From positions 1 through 30,617 of IMG/VR virus record IMGVR_UViG_3300012352_000441: a stretch of DNA of 30,617 bases; one strand, 5' to 3'. Of this stretch, positions 17,566 to 25,242 are shown piece by piece. Below the pieces are notes generated by a model, which was given only the letters and a program-made list of their open reading frames with translations, did not search any database and was not told where the DNA came from. The stretch's first letter is position 1; each line of letters starts with the position of its first letter. The translations under genes and the position numbers were made by a program. The stretch comes from a virus (Duplodnaviria; Caudoviricetes).

Positions 17566-19558
17566 GAACGTAATCGAAAAGGTCAATTTTGCCAAGCAAA
17601 TGGCCAAGCCTGTTGAAGAAAAAGACAAGGGCGGCTTTGTGAAATGGGGCAAAAAAAATGATTGGCCTTTTTTCATTAACGAACTTCGCGAGGGCTCCCC
17701 TGTGCATGGTGGCATCATAAAGAACAAGATTCGTTACATTTCAGGCGGCGGCATTGAAATCGTTTCGGGTAACTTGCAGGAATTTCTCGACAATCCAAAT
17801 AGCGACTTCACAATCGAAGAGGTTGCCGATGCAATGACTGAAGATTACGAGGGCTTTGGCGGTTTTATCGTCAAAGGTACTTGGGACATGGAGGGCACAA
17901 AGGTGGTCAAATGGGAAGCCTTACCAATTGATAGCTGTCGTTTTTCTGAGAAGATTGATCGTGTTTATTTATCAAACGATTGGAATGCCCAAAATCAAAG
18001 CCTAGAGAAAACAGGTTATCGCGACTACCCCATTTACAATCCTGACAACAAAAGAGGTTCTTTTTTCTTATTCTACAAAGACCCCGTCAAGAAAAACAAA
18101 AAAGAGCTTGGCATCTACCCGAAGCCGCCGTATTTCTCAGGCATTTATGCAATCGAAACTGACTACCTACTCAATCGCTACAACAACTCACTTGTACAAA
18201 ATAGCTTTTCAAGTGGCACCTTAATCACCATGACTGACGGCGTGCCAGAAACGCAAGAGGAAATAAACAAGGCGGTTGCACAAATCAAAGAGAAAAGCGC
18301 GGGCGTCGATAACGCTGGAGACATTATTGTAACATTTGCCGAAAGCAAAGAGCGCGCGCCATTGGTGCAGCAACTCAACGGCAACGATTTGGATAAGCGC
18401 TACGACCAAACAGGTAAAACTACGCTACAAAACATTTTAATTGCTCACGGAGTAGTTAGCCCTACTTTATTTGGAGTAATGCAGCAGGGCTCATTTAACG
18501 CGGCCGAGAGTGCGCAGTTATTTGAGGTGTTTAAAAAGACCTACGTTATGCAGCGCCAAGAGCGCTTAAATTGGATGCTCAATTATATGGCCGAACTAAG
18601 CGGCTACGTTGGCGAAGTGAAGCTAGTTGAAATCCAACCGATTGAAGACGCCACAAACGCAGCTGTTGGGGCTCCAACCGTTGTTGTAAATAACCCAAGC
18701 GGAACCGATTCAGCAGGCACAACAACCGAAGCGGCACCAATTGAAGACGTATCAAAAACCGCCCTTAACGGCGCTCAAATTGCCTCACTTGTTGACGTAG
18801 TTGCCAAGGTTAAAACGGGTGAAATCACAGCAGACAGCGCCGCCGAAATCATTATAGCTTCATTCCCGTCAATTGATGAGGCCACAGCTAAGAAAATGGT
18901 AGGTATTGATGCCGCAACCTTCTCAAGTTGCAAGCATTCGCACACATTCAGCAAAGAAGACCTTGAGGTATTCGGCGAATTTGGTGAATCATTTGCAGAT
19001 TTTGAAGAGTTTGCCCGCTTACCAATTGAATGGGATAGCCTAGCGACTGACGTATTTGCCAAACATGATGAGGTATTTGCTACAATTGGAGAAATTTCAG
19101 CCGAAATGAAGGACATTGACAAGCAAATTTTGAGCTTGTTAAACAATGGAGAGGACTCCAACGCCATAGCCGAGGCCACAGGTAGCACAATTAAAGACGT
19201 TGCTTTGTCCATTGCGCGCCTCAATGATTGGGGATTGATTAAAAATGGCGAGCTTTCAGCGCTTGCACAGCGTTTAATCGACTCAGCAGATGGCGAAATA
19301 CCCGAGTTCGAAATAAGATACAGCTATCAGGTGCGCTCAGATGTGCCCGAGGCAAAAAGCGGGAGCCGTGAATTTTGCACGCAGCTAATCGCTTTAAACA
19401 AAGCCTACACACGTGATGAAATAAATACCATTTCAAGCCGTGTTGACCGCGATGTGTGGAAATATCGCGGCGGTTTTTATACCAATCCTGACACGCAGGT
19501 AACAACACCTTGGTGCCGACACCTTTGGTTTCAATCAATCGTAACAAAAAAAGTATGA
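17546..19558 (+). CDS. Portal protein with a long C-terminal extension (wHTH-like and MuF-like domains)
   Basis: The N-terminal ~365 aa are portal-like (V.WG..N.WP, SP.HG.II..K, YPKP.Y, G.DNAG, I..AH.V.SP.LFG). The C-terminus has SREFC and GG.Y.......P.CRH.W. Confidence 0.8.
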   Translation: MESKPIKNVIEKVNFAKQMAKPVEEKDKGGFVKWGKKNDWPFFINELREGSPVHGGIIKNKIRYISGGGIEIVSGNLQEFLDNPNSDFTIEEVADAMTEDYEGFGGFIVKGTWDMEGTKVVKWEALPIDSCRFSEKIDRVYLSNDWNAQNQSLEKTGYRDYPIYNPDNKRGSFFLFYKDPVKKNKKELGIYPKPPYFSGIYAIETDYLLNRYNNSLVQNSFSSGTLITMTDGVPETQEEINKAVAQIKEKSAGVDNAGDIIVTFAESKERAPLVQQLNGNDLDKRYDQTGKTTLQNILIAHGVVSPTLFGVMQQGSFNAAESAQLFEVFKKTYVMQRQERLNWMLNYMAELSGYVGEVKLVEIQPIEDATNAAVGAPTVVVNNPSGTDSAGTTTEAAPIEDVSKTALNGAQIASLVDVVAKVKTGEITADSAAEIIIASFPSIDEATAKKMVGIDAATFSSCKHSHTFSKEDLEVFGEFGESFADFEEFARLPIEWDSLATDVFAKHDEVFATIGEISAEMKDIDKQILSLLNNGEDSNAIAEATGSTIKDVALSIARLNDWGLIKNGELSALAQRLIDSADGEIPEFEIRYSYQVRSDVPEAKSGSREFCTQLIALNKAYTRDEINTISSRVDRDVWKYRGGFYTNPDTQVTTPWCRHLWFQSIVTKKV

Positions 19559-20055
19559 AGTTTTTAGTATCAGTCGATGAGGTAAAGCGCCGAGGTATTG
19601 TGCATCAAAATGTAGATACAAAGCTCATAAGCATTGCAATCACGAGAGCGCAGGATATAAACGTGCAGCCTGCCTTAAATACGTGCCTTTATAAGGAGCT
19701 ATTGCGCCGTGTTGAGGATAACGATTGGAACGCAAACTATCGCGAGCTCATGGACGAATACGTGTTGCCATGTCTTATCGCATTTGTTGACTATCGTGCT
19801 ATGGATTTGGTAACTGATCGTGTAATGAATCGCGGCACGGGAACTTTGCAAGATGCTAATTTCAACCCCATGAATGACACCGAGCGCAACCCGCTTCGAG
19901 ACCGATTACGAAAAGATGCTTATTTTTACAAAGAGCGCCTTATCGGCTATTTAAAAGATGACAACGGCGTTAAATTTCCATTGTACACCAACTGCGAATG
20001 CAAGGACGAGAACGTAAAGCAAGAGAAAACGAGTTACCGCACCAATTGGCACTAA
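19555..20055 (+). CDS. Head-tail adaptor/connector protein, putative (start reassigned to ATG 19555)
   Basis: ATGA overlap with the portal stop. NVD...I...I..AQDI..QP.L...LY..L, YV.P.L, and A.FY.ERLI.YL......FP.Y patterns. Confidence 0.65.
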   Translation: MKFLVSVDEVKRRGIVHQNVDTKLISIAITRAQDINVQPALNTCLYKELLRRVEDNDWNANYRELMDEYVLPCLIAFVDYRAMDLVTDRVMNRGTGTLQDANFNPMNDTERNPLRDRLRKDAYFYKERLIGYLKDDNGVKFPLYTNCECKDENVKQEKTSYRTNWH

Positions 20056-20106
20056 AGCCATTTAAAGCCTCGCCGCGTAACATTGAAAAATTAAAGAAGT
20101 ACCTGC

Positions 20107-20568
20107 ATGGAAATGACAATAAACCAACTAGCAAAGCAGCTCGAAATAATAGCAATCGAGCATAAGCAAATCAACGGCTTTTTCTTTGGTGAGTTTTTCC
20201 AAGCATTTGCGCAAGACACCCCAGCGACATATCCGCTCATGGTTGTTACTTTGCTTCCGGGTAGCATTTCAGAAAAAAGCGTCAACGTATCGGCGGCAAT
20301 TACTATTTGCGACAAATACATAACCGATGACAATAGGAGTGTACGAGAAACACACAGCGACTGCCTGCAAATACTTCGCGATATTGACATCACTTTGCGT
20401 CAAGAACGCTTTGAGGATTTAACAATCGCAACCTCACCCGCAACTGAGCCGTTTGTTGAGCGTCAAGCCGACATTATAGCAGGTTGGACGATGTCCTTTA
20501 CTTTATCCATATTTGATAACCAAAATTGGTGCGCAATTCCTTTTGCTAATTATGACTTTGATAACTGA
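20107..20568 (+). CDS. Tail terminator/completion protein, putative
   Basis: H.QIN.F.FG, YPLM.V, SD.LQI..DI, and PF.ER..D..AGW patterns. Confidence 0.6.
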   Translation: MEMTINQLAKQLEIIAIEHKQINGFFFGEFFQAFAQDTPATYPLMVVTLLPGSISEKSVNVSAAITICDKYITDDNRSVRETHSDCLQILRDIDITLRQERFEDLTIATSPATEPFVERQADIIAGWTMSFTLSIFDNQNWCAIPFANYDFDN

Positions 20569-20571
20569 GAA

Positions 20572-20589
20572 AACAGCAAAGCACATTAA
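20572..20589 (+). promoter_or_regulatory. Candidate late-promoter motif (copy 3)
   Basis: AACAGCaaaGCACATTAA, in the intergenic gap before 20602. Confidence 0.5.
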
Positions 20590-20601
20590 TAAAAGAGAAT
20601 T

Positions 20602-20871
20602 ATGACCCCAGCACAACTCCGATTAGTAGCCGCAAAAGGCACTTACATTGTAAATAACACAACTGAAGTAACGCGACCAATTGCGTCCATTGTTGTTTTG
20701 GAAAACACCGTATTTACAAGCATCAAATCAAATAACATAGACGTCAAAGCAAATTATATTGCAACGCCAGCGACTGCCGTAAAAGCGGGCGCTATAATCG
20801 CACCTCAAGACGGTGAAGATTTTACAGGTGTTAAGCTCGCAAGTGGTTCGGTTGCTTTAGTTCTTGGGTAA
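20602..20871 (+). CDS. Small beta-rich virion protein
   Basis: 89 aa ending FTGVKLASGSVALVL; in the tail-fibre cluster. Confidence 0.65.
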   Translation: MTPAQLRLVAAKGTYIVNNTTEVTRPIASIVVLENTVFTSIKSNNIDVKANYIATPATAVKAGAIIAPQDGEDFTGVKLASGSVALVLG

Positions 20872-21035
20872 TGTACTTTTACAGTCTATATAACACCCAG
20901 TTCTTCAGACTGGTTGGTGACATCGTCGCATCCATGATAAGCGCATTTAAGATTCGAGTGGCTGCCGATGGTGGCACGTTTGAAGCTGAGTCTTGTCTGC
21001 AAACTATTCTTGACAAATTCAATTCGATACCATGA
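20871..21035 (+). CDS. Small tail-associated protein (54 aa; not in ORF track)
   Basis: TAATG and ATGA overlaps. MYFYSLYNTQFFRLVGDIVASMISAFKIRVAADGGTFEAESCLQTILDKFNSIP. Confidence 0.65.
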   Translation: MYFYSLYNTQFFRLVGDIVASMISAFKIRVAADGGTFEAESCLQTILDKFNSIP

Positions 21036-22270
21036 GCCTACTTGACGACGCATCTTTATTAGTAACACCCAACGCAGAGAAGGCTACGAAGCTTTACAGC
21101 ATCATCCCATCAAACGGAAACGGGGATTTCTCCGTAACTCGTGCGACTACTGCAACACGAACTAACTCAAGCGGACTGATTGAAAGCACACCTATCAATG
21201 AGCCTCGCCTTGACTACTCACTTGGAAGCTGCCCTAACATTCTTTTAGAGCCGCAGAGGACTAACCTTTCAACATTCTCGGAGCAGTTCGACAATGCAGC
21301 GTGGGCTAAATTATCTTCAACAATTACTGCAAATAGTACAACTTCGCCAAGTGGAGTTCAAAACGCAGATACTTTTTCGGGAGATGGTTTACTTGCGCAA
21401 CATCAATTGCAAGGTACATCCCCTGTGGTAAGTGGCACAACTTATACATATACAATTTACGCAAAGAAAAATACCAATAATTTTATTCAGTTGTTTACAA
21501 CTAATTCAGCAGGTGGTATGTTTGCCAACTTTGACTTAAATAATGGAGTTGTTGGAACTTTAGGGACTACAACGGGAAGCAATCCAACCTCATCGATTAC
21601 AAATGTAGGTAACGGATGGTATAGATGCTCAATGACATTTACACCAAATTCTTCGGTGTCAGGTGCAACAAACAGTCTAACCCTTACAACAAGCGCAAGT
21701 GCATTAAGAGTAGAAGCAAACACCCTTTCAACCTCCGTCTTCCTATGGGGCGCACAACTCGAAGCTGGCGCTTACGCAACATCGTACATACCTACGACAT
21801 CGGCATCAGTTACAAGGAATTTAGACGTAGTACAAAAAACAGGTGTTTCGTCTTTGATTGGTCAAACTGAAGGTACAATCTATTGGGAAGGTACGCTTAC
21901 TTCGGGGTTAGATGACTTATTTTCTTTGAATAGAAGCACATTAAATAGTGTAGTATTATATAAGTCGGGAACAAACACAATTGTATTCCGTGTTTATTAT
22001 GGTGGTTCTTTTATAAGTTTAGGTAACGCAACCGCTTACACAGGAACGGTTAAAATTGCAGCATCATATAAAAGCGGAAATAGCATTATTTATATTAATG
22101 GAGTTCAAGTAGGAACGAGCTCAACCGCCTTTACTTTTACGGGCGCTCTTACCGATGTAGTCTTAAACAATTCGGCTTTCTTCTTTGGTAATGCAACTAA
22201 AAACATTAAGACCGCCGCTTTATTCCCTACTCGATTAACTAACACGCAGCTCGCAGCACTAACCGCATAA
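21032..22270 (+). CDS. Tail fibre/receptor-binding protein with ConA/LamG-like lectin fold
   Basis: Thr/Ser/Gly-rich. F.VTRAT.ATR, PRLDY, LLEPQRTN, GNGWYRCS, WGAQLEAG.YATSYIPT, and YINGVQ...RLTN.QL..LT. Confidence 0.75.
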   Translation: MSLLDDASLLVTPNAEKATKLYSIIPSNGNGDFSVTRATTATRTNSSGLIESTPINEPRLDYSLGSCPNILLEPQRTNLSTFSEQFDNAAWAKLSSTITANSTTSPSGVQNADTFSGDGLLAQHQLQGTSPVVSGTTYTYTIYAKKNTNNFIQLFTTNSAGGMFANFDLNNGVVGTLGTTTGSNPTSSITNVGNGWYRCSMTFTPNSSVSGATNSLTLTTSASALRVEANTLSTSVFLWGAQLEAGAYATSYIPTTSASVTRNLDVVQKTGVSSLIGQTEGTIYWEGTLTSGLDDLFSLNRSTLNSVVLYKSGTNTIVFRVYYGGSFISLGNATAYTGTVKIAASYKSGNSIIYINGVQVGTSSTAFTFTGALTDVVLNNSAFFFGNATKNIKTAALFPTRLTNTQLAALTA

Positions 22271-22272
22271 CA

Positions 22273-22560
22273 ATGAACATCTACAAACTCACCTACACAA
22301 ACAAGGAAGCCGCAATAGCTGACCTCGAAAGCAAAGGAATACTAACCGCAGAAGGCTACGGAATCGGAGTACAAGCCGTGGTTGAAATCGGTGTTATTGC
22401 GTTGGACGAAAACACGAATGCTGAAGGCTACCACTACGACGTTATGTCAACTGAAACCTACGACTTTGGCAGCAACCTTGTGACACCAAGAAATCCTAAG
22501 CACGCCTTTGCTGGCTATCCTATAAACGAAGAAGTAATATCTTTGACAAATGAAAACTAA
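22273..22560 (+). CDS. Tail-fibre-associated protein
   Basis: IYKL.Y......ADL..KG, AVVEIG, GYHYDVM and P.NPKH.FAG patterns; follows the fibre gene. Confidence 0.6.
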   Translation: MNIYKLTYTNKEAAIADLESKGILTAEGYGIGVQAVVEIGVIALDENTNAEGYHYDVMSTETYDFGSNLVTPRNPKHAFAGYPINEEVISLTNEN

Positions 22561-22975
22561 ATTGACCCTTTTAGCATTTTCACTTATTAGCGTTCTAGCG
22601 CCAATTAAACCGCTTGTATTGCTTGCTGTTGCTTCAATCATTTTAGATACCTGTTTTGGTGTTTGGCGCAGTGTTAAGAAAAGGGGGTGGGCTTCGATTC
22701 GCTCGCGCAGGCTTTCGCACACCATTAGTAAGTCATTGCTTTACTCAGGCGCAATTACCTTTATTTTCTTGCTTGAGAAATTTGTTGTTGCCGATATTCT
22801 CGGTCATTTCATTGCTATTGATTTAGTGCTCACAAAGGCGTTCACGTTCTTTTGCGTAGTAACCGAGGTAAAGTCTATTAATGAGAGCTATCACAGCGTT
22901 ACAGGCGTCAATGTGTGGGCTGCGTTCATTAAGTTTGTCAAGCGCTCAAAAGAGCAATTAGATGATTTAAAATGA
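22550..22975 (+). CDS. Holin
   Basis: Multiple TM segments; D...GVW.S.K.....I.SRRL..T.SK...Y and E..SINE patterns; first gene of the lysis cassette. Confidence 0.8.
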   Translation: MKTKLTLLAFSLISVLAPIKPLVLLAVASIILDTCFGVWRSVKKRGWASIRSRRLSHTISKSLLYSGAITFIFLLEKFVVADILGHFIAIDLVLTKAFTFFCVVTEVKSINESYHSVTGVNVWAAFIKFVKRSKEQLDDLK

Positions 22976-23499
22976 AGCCCGTTAGAGCTGCTCTTTATTG
23001 GTTCATTATTTACGCAGCATTCGTTATGCTGTGGAGCTTCTTAATGTACGGATGCTCAGCAACTCGCTTGCATGACAAAGCCGTGCAAAAAGGCTACATT
23101 CATACTATCCATGTGGACACTTTCAAGGTTAACACCATTGATACCATGTGGAAAGATGGCAAACCCTACCCCATAATCAAATACAAAGACTCTTTAGTTG
23201 TAAGGACTGAGTACGTATATATCCCTAAATGGCGCTATCGGTTCGATAACAAGCGTTTTGCTGATAGTTTGGCGCAAATACATGCAATTCATGAGGCTCA
23301 ACTAAGAAACGCGCTTAAAACAAAGAAAATCGAAGCGAAACAAACCAAGCAAAAAGAGAAGCAAAAGACCAAAAGAACCCAAAGCGAGAATAAAAACGGC
23401 TTTGCTGATGGCATGAAATGGCTTGCAATCTTTGCAATCCTGCTTTTTGTTTGGTGGGTAAGCTGGAGAATACACAAATACATAGCGATTAATGGTTAG
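22972..23499 (+). CDS. Unimolecular spanin-like lipoprotein
   Basis: Hydrophobic signal peptide ending in a lipobox-like LMYG-C, plus a C-terminal TM segment WLAIFAILLFVWWVSW; between holin and endolysin. Confidence 0.6.
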   Translation: MKPVRAALYWFIIYAAFVMLWSFLMYGCSATRLHDKAVQKGYIHTIHVDTFKVNTIDTMWKDGKPYPIIKYKDSLVVRTEYVYIPKWRYRFDNKRFADSLAQIHAIHEAQLRNALKTKKIEAKQTKQKEKQKTKRTQSENKNGFADGMKWLAIFAILLFVWWVSWRIHKYIAING

Positions 23500-24070
23500 A
23501 AACTACACAACAGCGCAGCTTTTAGAGAAAGTGCGCGAAATCGAAGGATTTAAAGGCTATCCGCAAGAATATTGGCTTTTAGGGGTCCGCTCAAATGAGG
23601 ACATTGCCAACCGATTTGATGACAAATTCTATTTGTTTTTAGGCGAGCAGTTCGTTTTGGTCACATCAGGAACAACCAACCCGGGCACGCCTGTACTCGC
23701 AAACTATGAAAAATTCAACAAAGCAGGCGCCGCCGTGCTCAATGCCGACAAGTGGTATTATAATATTTGGCACTATGGAAAGCACCAAGGCAAAGTCGAA
23801 GCATTACTCCAGCTCGGCGCTGAGGTCGAAGTCTACCGAGATGCCGACAAAGACGATAACAGCGAAGAAATCGGAACCCTTCAAAAAGGTTATTTCGGGA
23901 TCAATTTTCACCCCAACACATACAACCTAAACAAAGCGAGTGGCACAGCTATCAATGGATGGAGTGGCGGCTGCCAAGTGGTAAACGACGTAAACACATA
24001 CAAGCGCATTATAACGATGTGTAAGCCACAAAAGAAAGTGAGCTATTGTTTAATCAATGAATTTGAGTAA
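23492..24070 (+). CDS. Endolysin, L,D-transpeptidase (YkuD)-like catalytic motif
   Basis: LGVRS......N.FDD, GTTNPG, and GINFH-x14-WSGGCQV (His...S.GC). Confidence 0.7.
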   Translation: MVRNYTTAQLLEKVREIEGFKGYPQEYWLLGVRSNEDIANRFDDKFYLFLGEQFVLVTSGTTNPGTPVLANYEKFNKAGAAVLNADKWYYNIWHYGKHQGKVEALLQLGAEVEVYRDADKDDNSEEIGTLQKGYFGINFHPNTYNLNKASGTAINGWSGGCQVVNDVNTYKRIITMCKPQKKVSYCLINEFE

Positions 24071-24089
24071 ATTTAACCTGTTGTTGTAT

Positions 24090-24130
24090 ATGAGCGCGCA
24101 TGGTAGGTGAAAGCATCAGGCGCGCTTCAT
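24090..24130 (+). ncRNA. GC-rich hairpin with GAAA loop after the endolysin gene
   Basis: ATGAGCGCGC...GCGCGCTTCAT outer stem with an inner TGGT/ATCA stem and GAAA loop. Confidence 0.5.
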
Positions 24131-24153
24131 TGCATAGCGTTGGTTTTAGCAGG

Positions 24154-24187
24154 AAAGGCACCCAAACGAGGGTGCCTTTTTTTGTTT
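24154..24187 (+). terminator. Intrinsic terminator
   Basis: AAAGGCACCC-aaacga-GGGTGCCTTT followed by a T-tract. Confidence 0.85.
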
Positions 24188-24226
24188 ATATTTGCTTTAC
24201 GATATTGTGTCATAAATTCCTACGTT

Positions 24227-24259
24227 AAGCGGGCAGCTCTAAATGCCCGCTTTTTGTTT
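24227..24259 (+). terminator. Second intrinsic terminator
   Basis: AAGCGGGCA-gctctaaa-TGCCCGCTT followed by TTTGTTT. Confidence 0.8.
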
Positions 24260-24318
24260 GCCTACAAGTCAAATAAACGACACCACAAAAAAATATTTTC
24301 ACTTTTTTTAAATAAATA

Positions 24319-24349
24319 TTTGCAACTATAAATATTTATAGTACATTTG
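24319..24349 (+). promoter_or_regulatory. Early promoter (TTTG -33, 19-nt spacer, TACATTTG -7) with an 18-bp palindrome in the spacer
   Basis: Canonical Bacteroidota promoter geometry; ACTATAAATATTTATAGT (24325-24342) is a perfect palindrome. Confidence 0.75.
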
Positions 24350-24401
24350 TGGGGTCAAAGAGACACAACAACGCTAAAAACAACCACTTAACAACAACAA
24401 A

Positions 24402-24569
24402 ATGCAAAAAATCAAAATCATTTTTTTAGACATCAACGGAGATGAGCTATACACAAAAACCAACGAGTTTTTCGATGTGCAAGACGCTGCAAAATACGCT
24501 AACGAAATAGTCGCTAACGGACGCAGCAACGAAAATTCTTTCGAAATTGTAGTGTTAGCCAATCAATAA
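24402..24569 (+). CDS. First early gene, hypothetical (55 aa; not in ORF track)
   Basis: ACAACAACAAA leader. MQKIKIIFLDINGDELYTKTNEFFDVQDAAKYANEIVANGRSNENSFEIVVLANQ. Confidence 0.7.
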   Translation: MQKIKIIFLDINGDELYTKTNEFFDVQDAAKYANEIVANGRSNENSFEIVVLANQ

Positions 24570-24576
24570 CAACAAC

Positions 24577-24852
24577 ATGATTAACGCAAACACTATGTGG
24601 AATGAGCTCCGGGAGCTATCAATCTACACACAGGAAAGAATGGAGCAACTGCCATCAGTAAAGCGCGTAAAGCCACTCATTGATTCAGCAAGCTATCTAA
24701 TACGCCAAGTCGAAATTTGCGACAACGAGCTAAGTAAAATCAACGCTTTGCCTTTGCTGTTTCGCGAGCGCATGAAAGATGAGGTGCGCGATTGGCAGCG
24801 ACAAAAAACGCAATATCTTAGAAGTTTAAACCAAGTAATCAATGAACTATGA
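24577..24852 (+). CDS. Hypothetical helical protein
   Basis: 91 aa with an AACAACAAC leader. Confidence 0.65.
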   Translation: MINANTMWNELRELSIYTQERMEQLPSVKRVKPLIDSASYLIRQVEICDNELSKINALPLLFRERMKDEVRDWQRQKTQYLRSLNQVINEL

Positions 24853-24950
24853 GCAAACAAGACGACAAAGAAATGCTTGCCGCATGGAGCGCAGGCGCAT
24901 TAATCATTGCAGTAATAATCACTTTAATTTACACAGCATGCCAAAACTAA
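24849..24950 (+). CDS. Micro membrane protein (33 aa; not in ORF track)
   Basis: ATGA overlap. MSKQDDKEMLAAWSAGALIIAVIITLIYTACQN. Confidence 0.55.
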   Translation: MSKQDDKEMLAAWSAGALIIAVIITLIYTACQN

Positions 24951-25156
24951 CCACAACCCAAGAAACCATCGCAGGCGGCCTAATAATGGCACTCGGGCTT
25001 GCGTTCCTTGTTTACCTACAATCGACCAACACGCCGCCTGTTATTGATGCGAGCGCGATTGATGGGCAGACCTACCACAAGAAAAGCTACCAGCTCAAGC
25101 CGTCGTTTGACAAGTACATGGAGCACGTTTATAATGATAAATTCGGGAAGCAATGA
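24938..25156 (+). CDS. Single-TM protein (start reassigned to ATG 24938)
   Basis: MPKLTTTQETIAGGLIMALGLAFLVYLQ...; the upstream in-frame extension overlaps the 33-aa ORF. Confidence 0.6.
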   Translation: MPKLTTTQETIAGGLIMALGLAFLVYLQSTNTPPVIDASAIDGQTYHKKSYQLKPSFDKYMEHVYNDKFGKQ

Positions 25157-25242
25157 AACCAATCGAACGCCACCGCCTCATGTTTTGGGGCAGCATCCTG
25201 CTACTCGCAACGCTACTAATCATAAAACTACTATCATGCTAG
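25153..25242 (+). CDS. Micro membrane protein (29 aa; not in ORF track)
   Basis: ATGA overlap. MKPIERHRLMFWGSILLLATLLIIKLLSC. Confidence 0.5.
   Translation: MKPIERHRLMFWGSILLLATLLIIKLLSC

Noticed and set aside
21032-22270. Diversity-generating retroelement targeting the tail fibre
   Set aside because: No reverse transcriptase gene and no template/variable repeat pair was seen.
24092-24128. Group II intron domain V look-alike (GAGC...GTGAAAG...GCTTC)
   Set aside because: Length and bulge differ from domain V, there are no other intron domains or RT gene, and the flanking genes are uninterrupted.
24107-24331. 74-aa ORF across the post-endolysin gap, and 64-aa ORF 26066-26260
   Set aside because: Both run through terminator or structured-leader hairpins, start at GTG/TTG without a typical leader, and look non-protein-like.
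24071-24400. CRISPR mini-array
   Set aside because: The hairpins differ in sequence; there are no identical direct repeats with regular spacers.
24842-25235. Long N-terminal versions of ORFs 24842-25156 and 24999-25529
   Set aside because: Start/stop-coupled small ORFs in other frames and internal ATGs (24938, 25236) explain the region better.
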